Assembly (NCBI RefSeq): GCF_004010195.1
Contig: NC_057719.1
Span: 42,654,957-42,674,956, forward strand
Direction of reading: 5' to 3'
Source of the DNA: Chiloscyllium plagiosum
Taxonomy: Eukaryota
Length of the DNA stretch: 20,000 bases
Shown here piece by piece: positions 10,469 through 20,000 of this stretch (the first letter of the stretch is position 1; each line of letters starts with the position of its first letter). Under the pieces are notes generated by a model. That model was not told where the DNA came from and made no database searches. It saw nothing but the letters and a program-made list of their open reading frames with translations. Both the position numbers and the translations under genes were made by a program.

Positions 10469-11778
10469 TTGAGGGATAGGATCTATTTATATTTAGAAAA
10501 GACAGGGCTTATCAGTGATAGGCAACATGGTTTTGTGTGGGGGAGATCATAACTTGCCAACTTAATAGAGTTCTTTGAGGAAGTGACCAAGTTGATAGAT
10601 GAAGGAAGGACTGTTGATGTCATATACATGGAATTTAGTAAGGCATTTGATAAGGTTCCCCATGGTAAACTAATAGAGAGAGTGAAGTCACATGGTGTGC
10701 ATGATGTTCTAACTAGATGGATAAAGAACTGGTTGAGCAACAGGAGACAGACAGTAGTAATTGAAGGGAGTTTCTTGAAATTGAGAAAGGTGACCAGTGG
10801 TGTTCCACAGGGGTCAGTGTAGGGGCCACTGTTGTTTGTGATATACATCAATGATCTGGAAGAGGGCGCTGTTGGTATGATCACCACGAAGATTGGAGGA
10901 GTAGCAGAAAGCATAAGGGACTGTCAATGAATACAGGAGAATATAGATAGATTGGAGAGTTGGGCAGAAAGGTGGCAGATGGAGTTCAATCCAGACAAAT
11001 GCGAGGTGATGCATTTAGGCAAGTCTAATTAAAGAGCGAGTTATACAACGAACGGAAGAGCCTTGGGAAAAGTTGATGGGCAGAGAGATCTAGGAGTGCA
11101 GGTCCATTGTACCCTGAAGGTTGCTACACAGCTGGATAGAGTGGTCAAGAAGACATATAGTATGCTTGCCTTCATCGGATGGGGTATTGAGTATAAGAGC
11201 TGGCAGGTCATATTAAAATTGTACAAGACATTGGTTAGGCTGCATTTAGAATATGGTGTACAGTTCTGGTTGCCACATTTTCAAAAGGATGTGGATGCTT
11301 TGGAGAGGGTGCAGAGAAGGTTTATGAGGATGTTGCCTGGTATGAAAGGTACTAGTTATGAAGAGAAGTTGAGTAGGTTAGGTTTATTTTCATTAGAAAA
11401 AAGGAGATTGAGGGGGACCTGATTGAGGTTTACAAAACCATGAAGGGTATAGACAGGGTAGATAAAGGTAAGCTTTTTCCCAGGGTGAAGGATTCAATAA
11501 CGAGAGGTCATGCTTTCAAGGTGAGAGGTGAAAAGTTTAAGGGGGATACATGTGGCAAATACTTTACACAGAGCGTGGTGGGCGTCTGGAACACGTTGCC
11601 AGCAGAAGTGGTAGAGGAAGGCACGGTAGATTAATTTAAGATGCATCTGAACAGATGCATGAGTAGGTGGGGAGCAGAGGGATTCAGATGCTTGGAATTG
11701 GGTGACAGGTTTAGACAGTAGATTTGGATCAGCTCAGGCTTGGAGGGCCGAAGGGCCTTGTTCCTGGGCTGTAAATTT
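10469..11778 (+). mobile_element. 5'-truncated CR1 LINE (RT region plus 3' UTR), inactive
   Basis: LRDRIYLYLEKTGLISDRQHGFV, EFSKAFDKVPH, VTSGVPQGSV, LERVQRRFMRM, RGHAFKVRG. In-frame stops. The KFADD catalytic segment is deleted at ~10883. Confidence 0.93.
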
Positions 11779-12164
11779 ATATTGCAAACTGTAGCCATCA
11801 ATAGAATCAGGATGCTGAGATAGGATGGCTGGATAATATTTTCACACATTTGGCAGAACCTGTGACTATGGTTTGAAGTCAATAGAATAGAATATGATAT
11901 CTTTAACTCTTACAATTGTTTTTAATTGACAGAAAAGTTCAAACAGTCAGAAGAGGTCAATGCTAGGTTAACTTTGCACATCAGAGTGAGGCCTGTGCTT
12001 TACCTAAAGCAAAATTGTTGCCTAAACTTGCTGGACTGGTTTAATGTAACAGGACTATCTGACCTCCCTTCAGATATGGGAGGAGTCTTTCGGTTCACTT
12101 CTGTGTCAACTATTGGCAGCAAGAAATGCCCATGTCAGGTGAATGGCTGTAAACATTAGATACT

Positions 12165-13533
12165 GCAAAGGTTTTGGGGCCTGACAGTATTTGAGCAGTA
12201 GTACTGAAAACTTGTGCTCTAGAAATTGCTGTGCTCCTAGCCAAGCTGTACCTGTGCAGCAACAACATATTATCTACCTAAAAATATGGAAAATTGCCTA
12301 GGTGTGTCCTGTTCACACAAAGCAGGTCAAATTCAACCCAATCGATTACTGCCATTAGTCTGCTATCCATCATCGAGCAACTAATAGGAGGTGTCATCAA
12401 AAGTGCTATCGAGCAGCATTTGATAACCTGCTCACTGATGCTCTGTTTGGGTTCCACCAGGCTCAACAGCTCTGACATCATTATAACCTTGGTTTAAATG
12501 TGGACAAAAGAGCTGAACTCCAGAGAGAATGTGAAACTGACTGCCCCAACATCAAAGTAGCATTTAACATTGGATGGTGGAATTATGTAGGGGGGGCGGG
12601 AGGAGATCTTTGTTGCTTCGAGCAAAAAGGAAGATGATTGTGATTGTTGGAGGTCAGTCATTCCAGCTCTCGGACACCTCTGCTGGAGCTCCTCAATGAA
12701 GTGTCCTAGACCCAGTCACCTTCAGCTGCTTCATCAATGACCTGCCCTCAGTTATAAGGCCAGAAGTGGGAATGTTCGCCAATAATTGCACAATGTTCAG
12801 CATCATTCCTCAGATGCTGAAACAGTCCATATTCAAATGTATCAAGACCTGGAAAATGCAAAGGTTTGGTCTGATAAATTAAAAATAATTGAGCCGTATA
12901 AGTCAGACAAGGCCATCTTTGACTCGAGAGAATTTAACTACCACCCTTTGACATATGCTGACAGTGCCATTGCTAAATACCCCACTGTTGACATCTGGGA
13001 GATATCATTGACCAGTAATTGAACTGGACTAGCTAAATGCATACAGTGGTATCAGGAGCAGGATAGAGGCTAGAATCTGCAGCTAGTATGCGCCACCTAA
13101 CTCCACAAAGCCGCTATCACCATTTGCAAGGCATAAATCAAGAGCCAAAAATTCCACTTGCTTCAATGATTGCAGCTACAACACTCAAGAAGCTGACGTC
13201 ACCCAAGGCAAAGTAGCCAGTGCCACTATCTTCGAGCTCCTTAGATAGCACCTTTTCAAACCCGTGATGACTACCATCAAGAAAGACAGGGGCAGTACAC
13301 ATGTGGGAATACTACCACCTGCAAGTTCCTTTCCAAGCCACACTCCCCTTCAGTGTCACTGGGTCAAAATCTTACTACTTTTTGATTAGCATTGTGGGTA
13401 TACCTACATTAAATGGACTGCAGTGGTTCAAGAAAGCAGCTCACCACAGTCTTCTCAATGGCAACCAGGGGTCGGCAATAAATTCTGGACGAGCCAGTGA
13501 CACTCTCATCCCATGAATGAATTTTAAAAAAAT
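12165..13533 (+). mobile_element. Older LINE of a different CR1/L2-group family, 5'-truncated, with A-rich 3' end
   Basis: Decayed GPDxIxAVVLKTCA, WKIAxVCPV, NPIDYCHxSLLSII, SAGAPQxSVLDPVTFSCFINDLP...GMFANNCTMF (FADD equivalent). Ends caataaattctgg...atcccatgaatgaattttaaaaaaa. Confidence 0.8.
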
Positions 13534-14395
13534 ACGAGGAGGATAAAAAAGATAGTCCAATAATGTACATCACATGGCCAGAATCCATTTACCTATTTTA
13601 AAGCAGGAATGTTCTGATATCTAGTCAGAATCGCTTTTTACTTTGTAAGGAATGTGTACCATGTAGAGTATAGTTTTGTGTTCCTTTAAGCAGATGTAGT
13701 TGCTCTGAATTCTTTTAACACATTGGAAGCAATGTGCGATCAGTATGCTCTTTGAAAGAGGCAGCTGAAGCAATGTTTTGTTTTAGCTGTAACAGAGAGC
13801 ATCGCACAAAAAAGGTAGACTCTGTGAATTATGAGTAATTTTTGAACATTGTAGATTTTTTTTAAAGCTTTCATTTCAATGGACTGTTGAGACCTTTGAA
13901 AAATTCTGTGTCCAGTCCAGTATGGGTGTGTCACATGCATACGTGTTGTCTTACCTTTTATACAAAGAAGCTTAGAAAAAGAACATACTGTATATGCTAA
14001 TTGTTTCCATAGTTTCAGAGAAATCTCCTAGCAATGAAGACCTAAAACATAAATAACTTGACGTTAGGAGCTACCTTTTATATGTTTAAATAAAATCTGA
14101 CCCACTGATCGGGCTTAGTGATCAATGAGAAGCTAACTTTTCAAAGGCACAAAAGCTACCCATAATGATCTTAGATGGGCACAAAGAGTTCCACACAATT
14201 GTGCAACAGAGCATTATATGTTACATGATATAATGCTGAAATCCACATTCAATAACACTCTCCAGTTCAGCATAAACAAGATGTTTACGGTTTTATGTTG
14301 CAAAAGTGCAGTAATTTATTGTAAACCAAACAAGTTAGAACAGTCAAAAGTGTATTATCAAATAATGGCAAAAAGTTTGTGGACTATATATTTCC

Positions 14396-14526
14396 AAATA
14401 CAGAAAATGCTGGAAATCACAGCACATCAGGCAGTATCATTGGAAAACGGATGCTACCTGACACAGTGTGACTTCCAGCATTATTTGTTTATAGTACAGA
14501 TTCTAGCATCTGCAGTAATTTGCTCC
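14396..14526. repeat. Inverted pair of PLE-tail sequences (hairpin)
   Basis: 14406-14438 is the reverse complement of 14450-14482 at 25/33 positions with an 11-nt loop. The arms resemble gatgctgcctgacctgctg...ttccagca of the PLE tail. Confidence 0.7.
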
Positions 14527-15212
14527 AGGATTATTTATTAGTAGTGTTCAGTGAGTACTGGGATGGAATCTGTGCTAAGAATATAGATTGTTCTACTTAT
14601 GGATTCAGCCTCAGGAACATTTTTTTTCATCACCATTTTATTTCTCACATCAGCCATTCTGTAATCTCTGTGTGAGGTTGCTACCTTTTTGCAGTTGAGG
14701 TTTCCTTTAGAAACTGGATTAATATTGCCCAGTTTTGAATTGTAGCAATTTTTTTTCAGGCATCAAAGGAAGGCTTTAGATTTTAATCCCATTAGTTTGG
14801 GTTGAGTTTAATTTGTGGTCCCAGTCCTAAATGTCGTTTTTATGTGCATATGAGTTCTTAAGCCCACTAATTGATATAAGTTAATGGTTAATTAAAATAC
14901 ATCCAAAATACTAAGTGATCATTTAAACATATGCTTGAATAAAGACATTAAAGTTCTAGACTCTACCTCAGATTTTAACTGTTAGAGTTTTATTCCTGTA
15001 CCAAGCACATGCTAGAATGCTTGTTCCATATTTCTTAGAAGTTTGAGACTACAAATATTTTAGTATGCTTACAAATTTATTTCTCAAAATTACAGAAGTA
15101 CCATACGATAGTGATGCAAAACTTGGCATCAGTAAGGGAATGTTCTGTAGAGTTGAATTCTAAGTACATGACTTTGGAAATGAGAAAACTATGGACCCCA
15201 TATGGACCAAGT

Positions 15213-15365
15213 GTAAATCCAGTTCTGAGGAAGGGTCACTTGACCCAAAACGTTAACACTGATTTTTCTTTTCCTCCACAGATGCTGCCAGACCTGCTGA
15301 GCTTTTCCAGCAAGTTCTGTTTTTATTTCTGATTTCCAGCATCCACATTTCTTTTGGTTTTTATT
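15213..15365 (+). mobile_element. PLE-tail mini-element with hammerhead-like core
   Basis: aaatccagtt-CTGAGGA (15225-15231)-a-GGGTCA ct TGACCC-AAAA-cgtt-aacactgattt, then cagatgctgccagacctgctgagcttttccagca...gatttccagcatcc. Confidence 0.8.
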
Positions 15366-15674
15366 TAAATTCAGTTCAGTTTATCAAACATTTTAATGTT
15401 TTGTTGCAACGTTCAGAAATTATTTTGGTTTATACACATCTTTTGTGTCCACCTGTCATTTGAGTTCTGGTGACAAGCTCACTGAGCGCGACTATCATAG
15501 CAGACTAAGTCATTTTTCTGTTACTTGTTCTGTTGAGGGGATCACACTGAGAACAATTCCAATTGCTAACTCTTTTACAGTGAAAAATTGTACCAAGAGA
15601 TGTCTATACCTTAGTGGTATAGTGGTAGTTCATTTAGCACAGCCAAGAAATCTGAAATTCTCAGAAAATCAGAA

Positions 15675-15770
15675 GCATGCAAGGCTATAAGGCCAAGTGC
15701 TGGAAAAGGAGGTGTTTGTTTTTATCAATGTGGTAAAGGGCTTTTTCTGTGTTGTAGACCTCCGACTCTA
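15675..15770 (+). mobile_element. Degenerate CR1 3' tail fragment
   Basis: ggctataaggccaagtgctggaaaa...aagggctttttctgtgttgtagacctccgactcta resembles the reverse complement of 2847-2960. Confidence 0.5.
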
Positions 15771-17491
15771 AATCTTGAGTCTGACTGCAGAATTATTAGG
15801 AGACCCATGGAAGTCAACTTGTAGTTCTTGAGTTTTACCTAATGTAATATAATTTGTGTGATTGAACCATGATTCTAGCATATTCGGGTGTTGGTTAGCT
15901 ACTTGATAAACTTAGCACAATTCATTTAATTGAAAGTAGGAATTCCCATCTAGACTAAGAAAGCAGGAATTTCTACCTCAGCATGTCTAACATTTAGTGG
16001 ATGTTTGCAAAGCTTTATAGGGTCAAGAGTTCTTTAAACTGCAATGTCTGAATTGAGGCCAGACTTGATAAATGTACTTTTTCCTATTGCAAATTGCGAT
16101 TTTTAGCTATCAATAAGTTTGGTACAACCTATTGTAGCTGTCAATAGGTATAATTTGAGTTTTATCCCAATCCAATGTAGAAAAACTTTACTGAATCATT
16201 TTAGTTTTGAATGAACAAATATATTAAGAATACTAAGCTTTATGCTAGAAAATGTTCAGGATAATTTTGCGCTTGTTTTTGCATTCTGAAATTGCCTACA
16301 GAAAACATTGTTGAATTTTATGTTGCATTCTCTTGCTCCCTTTTAATTGCTGGTCATTTTTTGAGTATTTCTCATTGCACTTGCCATGTACATGAGTAAT
16401 TGCATACATTATTGTGATGAGATCAGGTGGGAAGGGGTGAATCAGTTTCCCTCATTTTACCTTTCTCAATTGCTTAAAACAAACATTTACTATTTTTAGT
16501 GCATGGTATTATCTTTCTCCAGTTTTAAACTGATTTTTACTGTACCAGTAAATAGCTAATTATAAGTTTTGTTTTTGACTTGGAAAAGAGCAGGTTTTAT
16601 TACCTGCCAGGCTGGAGAGAAAAACAATGAAAGCTCAATTTCAAGTGTGTGACAAATACGCACAGGGCCACACAAAAGGGGATAGTGTCCAATACAAAAG
16701 GAAAGTAAAGGAATGTACACCTTAGAACTTGAAACTAGATCAGGATTTTTGAATAGCCGTGGCTAAAAACTGTTTTGAAGAAGGCTATGAATCCAAAATG
16801 TTAGCTAAGTTTTTTTTCTACAAAAGTTATTTGAACTGAGAGTTTAGTATTGTGCTGGAGTGTAAATGATAAGTATAGGTTTTGCAACCTTAGTTTTTCA
16901 GAACTTGCTGACACAACCAGTGACCTTTGATATTTTGAGTTGAATCTCCTCATTATTAGCTGGTTTCCATATTGGACATAACATTGCATCTTGGGCTGGC
17001 TTTAAAACATTATAAATTTGGACTGAATTTGATTTGCAGTTATAAAAAGAATTTCTGGAGCTAAAATATGCTAACCGACCGTTCAACCTGAAAGGGAAAG
17101 TAATGATTGATATTACAGATTTTGAAAGCTAACGTTTATCATTTTCTCTAAGATGCTGATTGGCCTCATCCAATTTTTTTTATTTTGGTTAGATTGATCT
17201 TCAGATGTGTAAATAGAACACTCTACCAATTGTGTTCTAATTGATTCAAAGCACATGTTAATCTGGCTTTCCAGTTGTACTTCAGTATTGCAATTGGTTA
17301 TTAGGGTAACTAATGGTACGTGGTGTTAACCAGCAACTGTACAACAAATAGGAGTTACACACACCATGTACTTTTTTTTGGTCATGAATATTTCTAATCC
17401 AAGGGAAGTAGCTATGTTAGACTGGAACCAATTAGCACAATGTTGAAGGCTTCTTCTGAACATCTTAGAATTCATTATATTGTTTTCCTAG

Positions 17492-18018
<527 letters not shown>

Positions 18019-18184
18019 TGTACTTCTAAAACCATCTATTGTTAATTCAGAAACCACCATAATATGATTCTAATTAATATATAAAAGAAGTAATTTTAAA
18101 AATGGAAATTTTTTAATATAATTCTTTGTTTAAATGAGCAGATTGCAAGTGGCTTATTTTTGAATGTAAAACCTTTGAATTTAA

Positions 18185-18313
<129 letters not shown>

Positions 18314-18976
18314 TAACCTTATTGATCTGTTTGAAGCCTTTGTTTATAATTATTGTATGTCCTTTTAACTTTATACTCTACTAAATGTTTGAAGTTGCAC
18401 ATGAAAAGAAGCAGTATAAGATATCATTTAATGGAGAAAACACGAAGTTATTATTCTTTGCTGTGAAATTTATTGATCTGTACAGTTTTAGGATGATTGG
18501 AGGACATTCTTGTATTCAATTCTAAATGAGTATACTTTATGTGTATTGTATTTTTTGAGTTTATTGTTTCCTTTTCATAATGTCTTTGCCTTAAACATAT
18601 TGGTAATTTTACATGTGACTAATCTGGAAGCGCCATATTTATGCAAGAGCGTGTAACTAAGTATCTGACGGGGAAATCTTGTAATTGATTATTTGCAAGT
18701 AGAACTATTTTTGATTATATTACTGCCAATGTCATTCATTTCAGGTTTGTGCTGTTTTCTGTTGCAATGATAGCTACACCACTTATGTAATCGCAATGCT
18801 TGTAAAAAGGCTGTTTTTGACCCAAAATTGAGAGAACGTACTTGGAAATTCTGCTCTCCTATTTACAAAATGTGAAAACTAAAGGTGAACTATGTTCTCT
18901 TCATTGCAACATTTTGATCACAAAAGCATTGTCTGGCCTTAAAACAGTCCCGAGTAACAATATCAATGAAATTGTC

Positions 18977-20000
18977 AGTCTGGCTCTAATGCAACGAGGG
19001 ATACGTCGGCTTCCAAGAGATCAATTGTGTTAGGGGATTCTGTAGTCAGAGGTACAGACAGACGTTTCTGTGGTCAGCAGAGAAAAAGCAGAATGGTGTG
19101 TTGTTTCCCTGGTGCCAGGATCAAGGATGTCTCAGAGACGGTGCAGAATGTTCTCAAGGGGGAGAGGGGCCAGCAAGGAGTCATTATCCACATTGGAACC
19201 AAAGATATAGGAAGGGAAGAGGTTGAGATTCTGAAGGGTGATTACAGTGAGTTAGGCAGGAATTTAAAAAGGAGGTCCTCAAGGGTAGTAATATCTGGAT
19301 TACTCCCAGTGCTACGAGCTAGTGAGGGCAGGAATAGGAGGATAGAGCAGATGAATGCATGGCTGAGGAGCTGGTGTATGGGAGAAGNNNNNNNNNNNNN
19401 NNNNNNNNNNNNNNNNNNNNNNNNNNNNNNNNNNNNNNGGGGATTAATATACTGGCAGGGAGATTTGCTAGAACTGCTTGGGAGGATTTAAACTAGTAAG
19501 GGGAGGGGTTGGGACCCAGGGAGATAGTGAGGAAAGAGATCGATCTGAGATGGGTACAGCTGAGAACAGAAGTGAGTGAAACAGTCAGGGCAGGCAGGGA
19601 CGAGGTAGGACTAATAAATTAAACTTAATTTATTTCAATGCAAGGGGCCTAACAGGGAAGGCAGATGAACTCAGGGCATGGTTAGGAACATGGGACTGGA
19701 ATATCATAGCAATTACGGAAACATGGCTCAGGGATGGGCAGGACTGGGAGCTTAATGTTCCAGGATACAAATGCTACAGGAAGGATAGAAAGGGAGGCAA
19801 GAGAGGAGGGGGAGTGGCATTTTTGATAAGGGATAGCATTACAGCTGTGCTGAAGGAGGATATTCCCGGAAATACATCCAGGGAAGTTATTTGGGTGGAA
19901 CTGAGAAATAAGAAAGGGATGATCACCTCCTTGGGATTGTACTATAGACCCCCTAATAGTCAGAGGGAAATTGAGAAACAAACTTATAAGGAGATCTCAG
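18977..20000 (+). mobile_element. Young CR1 LINE: partial ORF1 (SGNH/GDSL esterase, to 19491) and start of ORF2 (APE endonuclease, frame open from 19580 to the window end)
   Basis: ORF1 LGDSVVRG...CFPGA...HIGTKD...SGLLP. ORF2 YFNARGL...IIAITETWL...GYKCYRKDR...GGGVA...YYRPP with no stop. The ORF track misses ORF2 because it has no stop codon in the window. Confidence 0.93.
19388..19438. other. Assembly gap (51 N)
   Basis: Run of N. Confidence 1.

Noticed and set aside
10462..11795. tgtagc on both sides of the CR1 as a TSD
   Set aside because: Only 6 bp and offset ~12 nt from the apparent 3' end, so it could be chance.
17128..17195. Possible further PLE-tail remnant (aacgttt...ttctctaagatgctg)
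   Set aside because: Similarity is too short and degenerate to support by eye.
19027..19491. Host or horizontally acquired GDSL lipase gene
   Set aside because: Directly followed by an APE endonuclease ORF. An esterase domain is a known feature of CR1 ORF1.

Overview
Vertebrate genomic DNA, most likely a shark or other cartilaginous fish (inferred from the repeat families). The window holds the 5' end of a CEP170-family gene on the + strand, most like CEP170B: a GC/CpG-rich promoter region (~8380-8860) and three coding exons for the N-terminal FHA domain (10052-10156, 17492-17581, 18221-18299). The last exon ends at a minor-spliceosome (U12, AT-AC) donor. The rest is largely retroelements: Penelope-like element (PLE) fragments and short PLE-tail copies with hammerhead-ribozyme-like cores, several CR1-group LINEs (including a young esterase-ORF1/APE-ORF2 copy at the right edge), two tRNA-derived SINEs sharing a tail with an in-window LINE, and a 548-bp solo LTR with a 4-bp TSD nested in a CR1. 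There are two assembly gaps. I see no clearly new multi-gene system. The best leads are the hammerhead-bearing mini-elements, the AT-AC intron, a possible 20-aa N-terminal extension, and the nested insertion cluster at 2.85-5.26 kb. All alignments and counts were done by eye, and family comparisons are from memory.
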